A stretch of 64,000 nucleotides of DNA from Pseudomonadales bacterium (GCA_046710535.1 JBKEHH010000003.1:187969-251968), one strand, 5' to 3'. Positions 19,460 through 29,034 are shown, counted from the first letter of the stretch. Numbers and translations: made by a program. The notes: a model not told the origin generated them from the sequence alone.

Positions 19460-20884
19460 CTAAGATTTATCTGCCTGAATTTTTTCTACAATCGCTGTAG
19501 TAGAGCAATCATCGACAAAGCTCATTACCTTAACCACGCCACCATAAGCTTCAACGATTTTCCAACCAACAACACCTTCTTTGTCGTAGTCACCGCCTTT
19601 AACCAAAATATCAGGCTGCAATAACTCAAGTAGCCGTTCTGGAGTGTCGTCACCGAAATCTAACACCCAATCAACTGACTCTAGCCCAGCTAAAACCGCT
19701 TTGCGTCTATCAACTGTATTGATCGGCCGACCCGGCCCCTTTAGTTTTGACACTGAGGCGTCGTCATTGATACCGACAATTAGACGGTCGCCTAATTTTC
19801 GCGCCTGCTCTAAGTAGCTGACGTGGCCGGCATGAATAATGTCGAAGCAGCCATTGGTAAAGACAACAGTTTCGCCTTGCTCTTTAGCATCTTTCATCGC
19901 GATAACTAACTGATCTTCGCTAACCACGCCGCGGCCGCTGCCATGGAGTGCATTAACCGCGCGCCGCAGTTCTGGCCCACTTATAGTTGCGGTACCCAAT
20001 TTACCGACCACAATACTGGCCGCTAAGTTGGCCAACGTCACTGCATTTTCCATCGACTCTTCTACCGCAAGGCTTGCGGCCAAAGCCGAAATAACAGTAT
20101 CGCCAGCACCAGTTACATCAAATACTTCTTTTGCTTGCGCCGGCAAATGAAACACTGGCTGATTAGGGCGCAATAAAGACATGCCATTTTCACCACGAGT
20201 TACTAGTAAGGCATCAAGTTCTAGCTCTGCAATCAGCGCTAGGCCACGCTCTACTATTTGTGCCTCACTCTCACATTTACCTACCACTGCTTCAAATTCT
20301 GCCAGATTTGGCGTCAGTAGAGTTGCACCTTTGTAACGCCCAAAGTCGCTACCTTTTGGGTCAACCAACACCGGTATGCCCTGCGCTTTGGCCGCAGCAA
20401 TTAATTCTTGCGGCGCTGCCAATGTGCCCTTGGCATAGTCAGACAAGATAATCGCTTGAGCAGAGCCAAATAACTCAATAGCGCTGCTATTTGTTCTATT
20501 GGCCGCCGCTATCGGAATGTCTTCTTCAAAGTCCAAGCGAATCAATTGCTGATGCTGGCTAATAACACGCAGCTTGGTAATAGTAGGGAAGTCATCGCTG
20601 CGATTTAGGCCACAATACACGCCAGCGGCTGCTAGCCTGGATTGCAAGCTATCGGCGGCTGCATCATTACCTGTGGCGCCACTAATCAAGGCGCCGCAGC
20701 CCAACGCTGCAAGGTTTAAGGCAACGTTTGCTGCGCCGCCAGGGCGATCTTCGATTTGGGTTACTTTAACCACCGGCACCGGTGCTTCCGGAGACAGCCT
20801 TGAAGCTGGGCCATGCCAATACCGATCAAGCATTACATCGCCAATGACTAATACATTGCCTTTATCAAACCGTGGCATCTTCAT
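19460..20884 (-). CDS. hldE: Bifunctional D-glycero-beta-D-manno-heptose-7-phosphate kinase/heptose-1-phosphate adenylyltransferase
   Basis: 'GDVMLDRYW', 'SPEAPVPV', 'DVTGAGDT', 'FTNGCFDIIHAGHVSYL', 'VKGGDY'. Confidence 0.97.
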   Translation of the reverse strand: MKMPRFDKGNVLVIGDVMLDRYWHGPASRLSPEAPVPVVKVTQIEDRPGGAANVALNLAALGCGALISGATGNDAAADSLQSRLAAAGVYCGLNRSDDFPTITKLRVISQHQQLIRLDFEEDIPIAAANRTNSSAIELFGSAQAIILSDYAKGTLAAPQELIAAAKAQGIPVLVDPKGSDFGRYKGATLLTPNLAEFEAVVGKCESEAQIVERGLALIAELELDALLVTRGENGMSLLRPNQPVFHLPAQAKEVFDVTGAGDTVISALAASLAVEESMENAVTLANLAASIVVGKLGTATISGPELRRAVNALHGSGRGVVSEDQLVIAMKDAKEQGETVVFTNGCFDIIHAGHVSYLEQARKLGDRLIVGINDDASVSKLKGPGRPINTVDRRKAVLAGLESVDWVLDFGDDTPERLLELLQPDILVKGGDYDKEGVVGWKIVEAYGGVVKVMSFVDDCSTTAIVEKIQADKS

Positions 20885-21053
20885 TAAAGAGCGCGTCCTG
20901 TTTTATTTATAGTAATAATCTATTAGTCCCGATTATAGGTCAGCTAGAGCGCTACATAAATGAGTAATTTCCACCGTATATTGCTGCCTTCAGTTGCTAG
21001 CCAAATGGCTTTACGCTACTGTTCCATGCCTAAAAACTACTGAGTTAGCTACT

Positions 21054-21665
21054 ATGCAACTGCCTGCCAATATCGATTCTCTAAAAGGTTTTCTGCATCC
21101 GGAGGAAGGAGCAGCTTTATATAACGCAGTAATGCAGTGCCAAGGCCTAGGCCCAGCCCTAGAGATCGGTAGCTACTGTGGTAAATCGACTATATATATT
21201 GGCGCCGCCTGCAAGGAAACTAACACCACAGTATTTGCACTCGACCACCATCGCGGCAGTGAAGAACATCAAGTTGGCGAGATGTTTCATGACGAAGAGT
21301 TATTTGATGGCAGTACTGGTTATTTCGACACCTTTAAAGAATTCAGAAAAAATATTCAAGAGGCAGGCTTAAACGAGGTAGTAGTTCCGCTGGTGAGCAC
21401 CTCAGAAGTAGCCGCCAAAAACTGGCATACGCCACTGGCAATGGTATTTATTGATGGTGGTCATAGCTTAGATGCGGCATTAACCGATTACCGCTGTTGG
21501 GCAAGCCATATACCAGCAGGCGGCATATTAGCTATCCATGATGTATTTACAAAATCCACTGAAGGCGGGCAAGCGCCCCATGCTATTTACAAGTTAGCGC
21601 TTAACTCAGGACTTTTCGAGCACCTTAGCACTACTCATTCCTTGCGCTTGTTGCGCCGGCTCTAA
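21054..21665 (+). CDS. Class I SAM-dependent methyltransferase (Methyltransf_24; MeT1-like)
   Basis: 'KGFLHPEEG', 'EIGSYCGKST', 'DHHRGSEEHQ', 'FIDGGHS', 'IHDVF...GGQAP'. Confidence 0.85.
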   Translation: MQLPANIDSLKGFLHPEEGAALYNAVMQCQGLGPALEIGSYCGKSTIYIGAACKETNTTVFALDHHRGSEEHQVGEMFHDEELFDGSTGYFDTFKEFRKNIQEAGLNEVVVPLVSTSEVAAKNWHTPLAMVFIDGGHSLDAALTDYRCWASHIPAGGILAIHDVFTKSTEGGQAPHAIYKLALNSGLFEHLSTTHSLRLLRRL

Positions 21666-22709
21666 TAGCTGCACGCTATTAAATAATTTACTGGCGCGGG
21701 TGTGATTTGTTAACGCGTCAGCCGCTAATAGAATAGCGCCTGCGGTCCATGTTGGTTTTTCATCAGGCCACATAATATCCATCACCATTTGATAGCCAGT
21801 CCAGTATGAGCCATCGTCGCTGCGCCATTGATGCAGCCAGCTATAAACCTCTACTGCACGGGCATGGTCGCCTGCGGCTAGCAGTGCCATCACTAATTCG
21901 CACGACTCTGCTACTGTCACCCAAGGCTCATCGCTAACGCAACGACAACCCAGCTGGTCTTCAACAAACTCTTCCCAGCGCGCATCTATGCGAGCAAGCG
22001 CTTTGGCTTTGTCGGCAGAGCTATTTGAATAAACACCGCATAGCACAGGATAAAACCAATCCATAGAATAACGCGCTTTGCTTTCCCAAGTACGATCAAA
22101 CCGCTCTGGGTGATTGCGCAATGCGTTACCTAAATTTTCACGCGCGACTAACCAAGTAGAATTATCAAACGCTAATGCGGCTGCAATATTACTGGCACAC
22201 TCCAGACTTTTATAAATAGAGCTACAGCCGGTTATCAACGCATCTTCTTTCGCATTGCCGTCAGTGTCTACTGCCCAGTGAATCTCGCCATGCTCGGTTT
22301 GCAGGCGCAAGACAAATTCTATAGCACGCTTTACTGTGGGCCATATTAATTGCAAAAATTGCTGATCTTCAGTGACCAAATAATGATGCCAAACACCAGT
22401 AGCAATATAGGCAACAAAATTTGTTTCGCGACGCTCTTTATTGTCGGCATCACTATTTTTATAAGCGGCCCACCAACTACCATCATCGAGTTGCTCATCG
22501 GCTAACCACTGATAGGCTTTTTTGGCGGCGTCAAATTCACCGCCAATAGTTAAACCCATAGCCGCTTCAACATGATCCCAAGGGTCGGCATGACCACCAG
22601 TAAACCAGGGAATTTCGCCACTAGCTAATTGAGTCTCTAAAATAAACTCAACCGCTGGCCGAAAAAAATCCTGCGGATAAATGCCTCGACTTAAATATAC
22701 GCCGCTCAT
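21606..22709 (-). CDS. (alpha/alpha)6-barrel protein usually annotated 'prenyltransferase'; MmpH-like glycoside hydrolase
   Basis: 'GEIPWFTGGHADPWDHVEAAMGL', 'YIATGVWHHYL', 'RYSMDWFYPVL', 'GCRCVSDEPWVTVAESCEL', 'DGSYWTGY'. Confidence 0.75.
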   Translation of the reverse strand: MSGVYLSRGIYPQDFFRPAVEFILETQLASGEIPWFTGGHADPWDHVEAAMGLTIGGEFDAAKKAYQWLADEQLDDGSWWAAYKNSDADNKERRETNFVAYIATGVWHHYLVTEDQQFLQLIWPTVKRAIEFVLRLQTEHGEIHWAVDTDGNAKEDALITGCSSIYKSLECASNIAAALAFDNSTWLVARENLGNALRNHPERFDRTWESKARYSMDWFYPVLCGVYSNSSADKAKALARIDARWEEFVEDQLGCRCVSDEPWVTVAESCELVMALLAAGDHARAVEVYSWLHQWRSDDGSYWTGYQMVMDIMWPDEKPTWTAGAILLAADALTNHTRASKLFNSVQLLEPAQQAQGMSSAKVLEKS

Positions 22710-23422
22710 GCTGTTGTCTCGTTACGAAAATACATCACCACACTTTTGCCCATAATGGGGTTCAACAAAGACTCTGTGGTACGAGTAATCCATGGGCGTT
22801 CCATTAAATCCCACACTAGTAATTTATGATACCAACTTACCAGCTTTGACTTTTCGCGGTTCTCCCACGATGCACATTGCAACCACCAATATGGCGAATG
22901 CAAGGCATGGGCCCAGTGACGTTTATAACGATTAAACCCTAACGACTCTATAGCGTCTTTAAATTGTTTCGAGGTAAAGATACGCAAGTGCCCGCCTTCA
23001 TTGGCATGGTATTCATCGCTTAACATCCAGCAAATTTTCTCCGGCCAGTAACGTGGCACACTGGCACAAAAAATACCCTCTGGTTTAAGCACGCGCTTTA
23101 TTTCTACCAAGGCGGCCTCCCAATCAGGGATATGTTCTAACACCTCAGAACACAAGACTTTGTCAAAAGTGTTATCAGCAAATGGCAGGCTTAAGGCATC
23201 GGCATTAGACAAATGGAAGGCGCGGTTTTTATCTTCAGGCGCGGCAAACATTTGGTATTTTTGTTTTGCTGTCGCTAAGTCTTTAAGGCACAAATCAACC
23301 CCAACTGACTCTACTTCTGCTTCGATATAAACCGAAATCACATGTCTTCCTTCACCGCAGCCTAAGTCTAAAACTTTGTCGCCGGCGCTGAGCTCAAACA
23401 GCTTGTAATCAACTGTCTGCAT
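22706..23422 (-). CDS. Class I SAM-dependent methyltransferase (type 11; putative sugar 3-O-methyltransferase)
   Basis: 'VLDLGCGEGRH', 'SEVLEHIP', 'PEKICWMLSDEYHANEGGHLRI', 'HALHSPYWWL', 'NPIMGKSVVMYF'. Confidence 0.85.
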   Translation of the reverse strand: MQTVDYKLFELSAGDKVLDLGCGEGRHVISVYIEAEVESVGVDLCLKDLATAKQKYQMFAAPEDKNRAFHLSNADALSLPFADNTFDKVLCSEVLEHIPDWEAALVEIKRVLKPEGIFCASVPRYWPEKICWMLSDEYHANEGGHLRIFTSKQFKDAIESLGFNRYKRHWAHALHSPYWWLQCASWENREKSKLVSWYHKLLVWDLMERPWITRTTESLLNPIMGKSVVMYFRNETTA

Positions 23423-24722
23423 TTTGTTCTTCCAATACTTTGTTATAAAACTCGATCATTTCACCTGCTGCTACTTGCCAGCAAAATAGCTCTTCAATTC
23501 GTTTTCTACCAGCCAGCGCATAATGTTCACGCAAGGCTTCATCGTCTAGCAATTTTTTAATCCCATCTGCCAATGCCTGCGCATCTCCTGGCGGCACCTG
23601 TATACCGGCATCACCAACCACCTCTGGCAAAGCCCCACCAGAGCTAGATACTAATGGCACAGCACAAGACATAGCCTCACCAGCCGGCAAACCAAATCCT
23701 TCGTATAAAGACGGCACCACCGCTACTTGCGCCTCGGCGTAATAATCTACCAAGCGCTCAGTAGTAATACCGCTAACAAATTCAATATGGTCAGCGAGTT
23801 TTAATCGTCGAATAAGCTTTGCTGTATCACCATCTTCTTTAGGACGACCGATAATTAGCAATTTAATCTCGGGGTATTCGAGCAATAAAATATGCAGCGC
23901 CTTAAGCAAGTAGCGCAAGCCCTTTAATGGCTGGTCAGCAGATGCAGTAGCCATAATACGATAAGGAATACGTTGAATATTCTCACGCGGTGCAAAGGCT
24001 TCAATGTCGATACCATTATGTACTAGTGAAATACATGATGGCTGCAGGTCAAACGCTGTAGCAATATCATCACGTGAGCTAGCTGACACAGTCACCAAAT
24101 GATTAAGCCTTGAGATAACATACTTCTGCATATAGACAAATGAGTGCCAGCGCTTAATCAACAAATGATCACGAATACGTCGCGCCGCATTTAAAGCTAA
24201 ATCTAGATCTTGGGTAATGGGGTGGTGAACCGTTGTCACCAATGGAAAACCCAGTTTTTGCAGCTTTAACATACCGAATGCCAAACATTGGTTGTCATGA
24301 ATAATGTCGTAGTCGCGGCCATGTTTTTTCAAATAAGCTAGCGCCCGGCGACCAAACGCCTGCGGCTCACCAAAGCCACCAGTGAGTTTGCTCATCCACT
24401 CGATAATATTGGCCCAGGATGTTAAATGATGAGGGCGCAATGAACCCAAGCCGTTGGCATACAAATCCAACGATGGCATTTTAATAAGTTTAACGCGCGG
24501 GTCTAAATGGGGATAAGGCGCACCACTGATAACATCAACCGTGTGCCCCGCATCAACCAAAGCTTTACTCAGATACTTGATGTAAATACCCTGCCCACCG
24601 CTATAAGGATTGCTGCGGTAACCCAATAGACATATTTTTAGCGACTTAGCGCAAGCAGTCTGCTCAACCATAGATTCGTCAAACAACGGTTGTTGTTTTA
24701 TGACACTTGATTCTTGCTGCAT
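23409..24722 (-). CDS. Glycosyltransferase family 4 (ManT-like)
   Basis: 'YRSNPYSGGQGIY', 'HDNQCL', 'TVHHPIT', 'ASADQPLKGL', EX7E motif 'PSLYEGFGLPAGEAM'. Confidence 0.9.
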   Translation of the reverse strand: MQQESSVIKQQPLFDESMVEQTACAKSLKICLLGYRSNPYSGGQGIYIKYLSKALVDAGHTVDVISGAPYPHLDPRVKLIKMPSLDLYANGLGSLRPHHLTSWANIIEWMSKLTGGFGEPQAFGRRALAYLKKHGRDYDIIHDNQCLAFGMLKLQKLGFPLVTTVHHPITQDLDLALNAARRIRDHLLIKRWHSFVYMQKYVISRLNHLVTVSASSRDDIATAFDLQPSCISLVHNGIDIEAFAPRENIQRIPYRIMATASADQPLKGLRYLLKALHILLLEYPEIKLLIIGRPKEDGDTAKLIRRLKLADHIEFVSGITTERLVDYYAEAQVAVVPSLYEGFGLPAGEAMSCAVPLVSSSGGALPEVVGDAGIQVPPGDAQALADGIKKLLDDEALREHYALAGRKRIEELFCWQVAAGEMIEFYNKVLEEQNADS

Positions 24723-24856
24723 AGCTGTTTAATTCCGCCGTTAGGGCTTTGCATTGGCAAACCTTAACTGGTTGCATGACATTAACATGGGCTACTTAAG
24801 CGTGATTGGTGCGCGCAATACGCTTAAACCAGAATGAAGTAGTCCAAAAGCCGCGA

Positions 24857-24885
24857 ATTCTAACGGTTGAGAGGCTAAAAATCCA
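24857..24885 (-). promoter_or_regulatory. Putative sigma70 promoter of the GT4-methyltransferase-hydrolase operon
   Basis: Minus-strand TAGAAT (24862-24857) followed by GC-rich TCGCGGC; weak TGGATT 17 bp upstream. Confidence 0.4.
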
Positions 24886-24993
24886 GTTTTGCAACTAATA
24901 GGCTACTACTGAATACTAGACTAAAGTTGTTTTAATTCAATCAGTTAACTAACTTACCAGCACTTGTTAACAAGCGTTAAATAAGGAATAGGT

Positions 24994-25854
24994 TTATCTC
25001 AATGGCAAATAGGGACGCTTATTGAAATCCCGCCGATATAGCTTGTCCGTTCGCTTAATTACTTTTTGCCAAAAATCTGGCGACGCCTTCAGCTGTTTGC
25101 TAACTTGCGGCCCCAAGTAATAGCGCAAAAATCGCACCAGATCACGCTTGGTCAAACCAATGTCTACCGCCGAAAAATACAGTGATGCCAAATCTTTAAC
25201 TAACCACCGTGTGGGCACTTGCGGGCGCATTTGAGCGCGATGTAGATCAATTAAATAGAGCCTGGGTAAGGCCTTCTCGCCCGCTAGTAGTGGGTCACTA
25301 TTTTTAATCAAAAAGTGGCAGATATAAAAATCTCGATGATTCATACCACCGTTATGCACTGTAGCTGCATCTTTAGCCAAAGCTTCAGTAAGCATCTTAC
25401 GCACCCGATAGCTGGGCGGCATATCTTTCCACGGCGCACAAAAATCTTCTAAGCTGACCATGTTATCCAGTTCTTCAGTCAGCACAAAAGAGAGCTGTTT
25501 GGCCGGATTACTACCCCGTTTGCCAAAACCAACCAGCGACATGGTGCCGACACCTAGTTGGTGTAACTTGTTAATAGCTTCCCATTCGTTAGTCGCGCCA
25601 ATTACCGGCAAGCGCAGCTGAACAAGATTTTTAATAATCTCTAACCACCCCACCCCCATGTGGACTTTAAGAAAATAGCCAGCACCGTTATTTTCAAAAC
25701 GCAGCGTGCGACGACCTTCTTTCTCCCGATAAATTTCGCCCTGCTGTTTTACTACGGCATCAAACGGCTGCGGCCAAAGTGCTTTAAAGTCTTTACGGAG
25801 TTCAAGTCTAGTCACTACTGACTCAGCCGCTTCAGATCCAGTCGAGTCAGACAT
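24994..25854 (-). CDS. waaP: Lipopolysaccharide core heptose(I) kinase
   Basis: 'GRRTLRF', 'GWLEIIKNL...LPVIGATNEW', 'NHRDFYICHFL', 'IDLHRAQ', 'KDLASLYFS'. Confidence 0.95.
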   Translation of the reverse strand: MSDSTGSEAAESVVTRLELRKDFKALWPQPFDAVVKQQGEIYREKEGRRTLRFENNGAGYFLKVHMGVGWLEIIKNLVQLRLPVIGATNEWEAINKLHQLGVGTMSLVGFGKRGSNPAKQLSFVLTEELDNMVSLEDFCAPWKDMPPSYRVRKMLTEALAKDAATVHNGGMNHRDFYICHFLIKNSDPLLAGEKALPRLYLIDLHRAQMRPQVPTRWLVKDLASLYFSAVDIGLTKRDLVRFLRYYLGPQVSKQLKASPDFWQKVIKRTDKLYRRDFNKRPYLPLR

Positions 25855-26974
25855 AGTCACCTTTAGCAATTGCTTCTATTTGCTCAACAGCATGTATTGG
25901 CAGATCATAAATATCGGCACTGGCGGCAAACTTAAGCCCCCGCGGTTGCCACTGTGTTTGCTCATCAAACAACAAGTCTGCAACAGCTTGATCGAGTTGA
26001 TTTTGATTAAAGGGTGATGCCAGCACTATGCCCATATCAAAATCACTAATATAAGAGGAATAGCCACAGACATCAGTAGCAACAACCGGCAAGCCTGCCA
26101 CCATTGCCTCAAGCAATGCTGTACCAGTGTTTTCCCTGTAAGCCGGGTGAATGAGCAGATCAGCCGCTAGCAGTAATTCTGGTATGTCACTGCGCCCGCC
26201 TAAAAAATTGACTTGATTTTCAACGCTCAATTTTTTAATCAAGTAGTTAAACCATTTTGGATTATCTTGCCCTGCCACAAAAAATTTTACTTTAGCTTTT
26301 TCTGCGCTAGGTAAATTAGCCAAAGCAATTATAGCTCGGTCTAAACCTTTAGTTCTAAACCCGCTGCCAACCATCAGCAATAATTTTTCATCATCACTCA
26401 CGCCAAGTTCTACTCGCTTAGCTTTACCTATAGCAGGGCTTTGCTCATTTGCAACTCGGTCGCGGCGAATGCCTGGCGGTAATAAATGCAGCCGTTTTTC
26501 TGGCGTTTGATAATACTGTATAAAAACTTGCTTCTCAGGTTTAGAAATCAATAAAGCGTGAGTACTTACCGCAGTACTAAATACCGCTTTTTCATAGCTT
26601 AAATGATGTTTGTAGCGAGGTAAAAACCGACTAAACCAAGAGCGCAGTTCATAGACTTTAGCGGCAAAGCAACTATCAGCGCCATAGTAAACATCCAAGC
26701 CGGGCATGCGATTAAAGCCAACTAACAGATCTATTTCGTGCTGCTTTAGCACAATCGTCAAAGCCGCTACAAAGCTGGTATCTTTACTAGCGTTACTGCC
26801 ACCCGCCATAGGGACATTCACCACTTCAAGCTGAGGCGGAACATCGCCTTGCCACTGACCACAGAATACTTTGACACTATGGCCACGTTCGACTGCCGCC
26901 AGCGCGATACGCAGCATGTCTTGCTGTAAGCCGCCGAAGGGGAAGTATTTGAATAAGGCAAAAGCTAAGCGCAT
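25847..26974 (-). CDS. waaG: LPS core glycosyltransferase WaaG/RfaG
   Basis: 'AFALFKYFPFGGLQ', 'GFNRMPGLDVYY', 'GSGFRTKGLDR', 'HPAYRENTGTALLEA'. Confidence 0.93.
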   Translation of the reverse strand: MRLAFALFKYFPFGGLQQDMLRIALAAVERGHSVKVFCGQWQGDVPPQLEVVNVPMAGGSNASKDTSFVAALTIVLKQHEIDLLVGFNRMPGLDVYYGADSCFAAKVYELRSWFSRFLPRYKHHLSYEKAVFSTAVSTHALLISKPEKQVFIQYYQTPEKRLHLLPPGIRRDRVANEQSPAIGKAKRVELGVSDDEKLLLMVGSGFRTKGLDRAIIALANLPSAEKAKVKFFVAGQDNPKWFNYLIKKLSVENQVNFLGGRSDIPELLLAADLLIHPAYRENTGTALLEAMVAGLPVVATDVCGYSSYISDFDMGIVLASPFNQNQLDQAVADLLFDEQTQWQPRGLKFAASADIYDLPIHAVEQIEAIAKGDYV

Positions 26975-27039
26975 TGCTTACCCTCAGAGGTGGTTATCGA
27001 TTATGGTATTTATTTGTTTTGATTATACGGCTGATCGGG

Positions 27040-28071
27040 CTAAACACCCAATCGCTCTAGGGCACTAATAACTTGACCGGCTTCTAACTTGTTCAAACAA
27101 TTCAAATGGCCCAAGGGACATTCGCGCTGAAAGCAAGGGCGACATGGCTCGTCGGTATACACCATTTCAACAACATCACTTAACGGTGGGGTAAAGTCCG
27201 CAGAGGTAGAACCATAAACTGTTACTAGAGGACGAGCCAACGCGGCCGCAATATGCATTAAACCTGAGTCGTTACTTACCACAGCGCTAGCAAGGCCAAG
27301 CAAATCTATTGCATCACCTAGCGCGGTTTTACCCGCCACCACGTGGCAGTTCTCACCACCGGCTAGCATTTTAATTTCTTCGCTAATGACTACGTCATTG
27401 TTCGAGCCAAAACACCAAACCTGCCAACCTTTAGCGATATAGTGCTTGGCAACGTCAGCATAATGGCGCGCAGGCCATTGCTTTGAGGGACCAAATTCTG
27501 CCCCGGGACATAAAGCTAATATAGGTTGGTCAACTGACAATGAAAACTCAGCTAACACCTTGGTTTGGTTATCGCAGTCTACCGCCAACTCTGGTCTTGG
27601 CAATGGTGCAGGCAGTGCTGCGCCTAGCTCATAAGCTAATGCTACAAAACGCTCTACCATCAGTGGATAGCGGTTTTTATTGAGCAGGCGAATATCATTT
27701 AATAAACCGTAGCGATATTCACCACGCCAGCCGGTACGAACAGGGATTTTCGCAAATGCAGGAATTAGCGCTGACTTTAACGAGTTTGGGAGCAAAATTG
27801 CTTGGCTATAACCGACGCTGGCAAGCTGTGTGCCCAAGGCTTTACGCTTACCCCATGCTAACTCACCGTGGGCGGTGGGCTGGTCAATAACGTTGCGTAC
27901 CTCAGCCATACGCGACAACACAGGCAAGCTCCAACCGGGAGCTAACACATCGATTGCACAATTGGGATTTTGGTGACGCAAAGCTTTATACAAGCTCTGC
28001 GCCATTACCATATCACCAACCCAAGACGGGCCGACGATGAGTATCTGGTCAGATGCTGATTCGATACTCAC
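27040..28071 (-). CDS. waaF: Lipopolysaccharide heptosyltransferase II
   Basis: 'GPSWVGDMVMAQSL', 'PNSLKSAL', 'CPGAEFGPSKQWP', 'NDSGLMH', 'CRPCFQRECP'; start uncertain (28071 or 28098). Confidence 0.95.
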   Translation of the reverse strand: MSIESASDQILIVGPSWVGDMVMAQSLYKALRHQNPNCAIDVLAPGWSLPVLSRMAEVRNVIDQPTAHGELAWGKRKALGTQLASVGYSQAILLPNSLKSALIPAFAKIPVRTGWRGEYRYGLLNDIRLLNKNRYPLMVERFVALAYELGAALPAPLPRPELAVDCDNQTKVLAEFSLSVDQPILALCPGAEFGPSKQWPARHYADVAKHYIAKGWQVWCFGSNNDVVISEEIKMLAGGENCHVVAGKTALGDAIDLLGLASAVVSNDSGLMHIAAALARPLVTVYGSTSADFTPPLSDVVEMVYTDEPCRPCFQRECPLGHLNCLNKLEAGQVISALERLGV

Positions 28072-28076
28072 AATAT

Positions 28077-29003
28077 TTATGCGACTGGCGCTAACCACTC
28101 ATCATGCCCAGGGCGACGACCCTTAACATGAGCGAAGTAGGCGCTTTGCAAAGCTTCAGTAATTGGCCCACGGCTACCTTCGCCAATGGGACGACTATCT
28201 AGTTCGCGAATCGGCAATACTTCAGCGGCGGTGCCGGTAAAGAATGCTTCGTCAGCAACATACACTTCGTCACGAGTAATACGTTTTTCACGCACCTCAT
28301 AACCCATTTCATTAGCCAACTGCATAATTGTAGCGCGAGTAATACCCTCCAAGCACGAGGTTGTCTCCGGCGTATAAATAATACCGTCGCGCACCATGAA
28401 GAAGTTCTCACCACTGCCTTCGGCGACAAAACCTTCAACATCTAACATCAGTGCTTCATCGGCACCGCCTTGCAGTGCTTCACGTAAGGCCATTATAGAG
28501 TTGATATAATTACCATTGGCCTTAGCTTTTGTCATCGCGATGTTGACATGATGGCGGGCAAGACTAGAGGTACGAACAATAATACCCTTTTCGGTAGCCT
28601 CGGGGCTCATATATGATGGCCACTCCCATGATGCAATAATCATATGGGTTTTTAAACTATCGGCTCGTAAACCCATACCTTCAGAACCCAAAAAGCACAT
28701 GGGGCGCAAATAAGCTTCGGTCAAATTATTTTCACGCACTACTGCTCGCGCTGCATCATTCACTTGATCTTTTCCAAACGGCATATCCATGCCCAAAATT
28801 TTAGCTGAGCGAAACAGACGATCAGTGTGTTCTTTTAAGCGGAAAATACAGGTACCGTTGTTGTCGGTGTTATAGGCGCGCACACCCTCGAACACACCCA
28901 TGCCATAATGTAATGTGTGAGTTAAGACATGAACCTTTGCATCGCGCCAAGGAACCATTTCACCATCAAACCAAATTAGACCATCGCGGTCGTCCATAGA
29001 CAT
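28077..29003 (-). CDS. ilvE: Branched-chain amino acid aminotransferase
   Basis: 'HTLHYGMGVFEGVRAY', 'KAKANGNYINS', 'EGSGEN', 'TGTAAEV'. Confidence 0.97.
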   Translation of the reverse strand: MSMDDRDGLIWFDGEMVPWRDAKVHVLTHTLHYGMGVFEGVRAYNTDNNGTCIFRLKEHTDRLFRSAKILGMDMPFGKDQVNDAARAVVRENNLTEAYLRPMCFLGSEGMGLRADSLKTHMIIASWEWPSYMSPEATEKGIIVRTSSLARHHVNIAMTKAKANGNYINSIMALREALQGGADEALMLDVEGFVAEGSGENFFMVRDGIIYTPETTSCLEGITRATIMQLANEMGYEVREKRITRDEVYVADEAFFTGTAAEVLPIRELDSRPIGEGSRGPITEALQSAYFAHVKGRRPGHDEWLAPVA

Positions 29004-29034
29004 TGTATTACTCCTACATGTTTACCATGTCGAG

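Noticed and set aside
21606-22709. Terpene cyclase/prenyltransferase activity for the barrel protein
   Set aside because: It is only 367 aa, lacks the DXDD cyclase motif, has no isoprenoid genes nearby, and its context is a glycosyltransferase plus methyltransferases.
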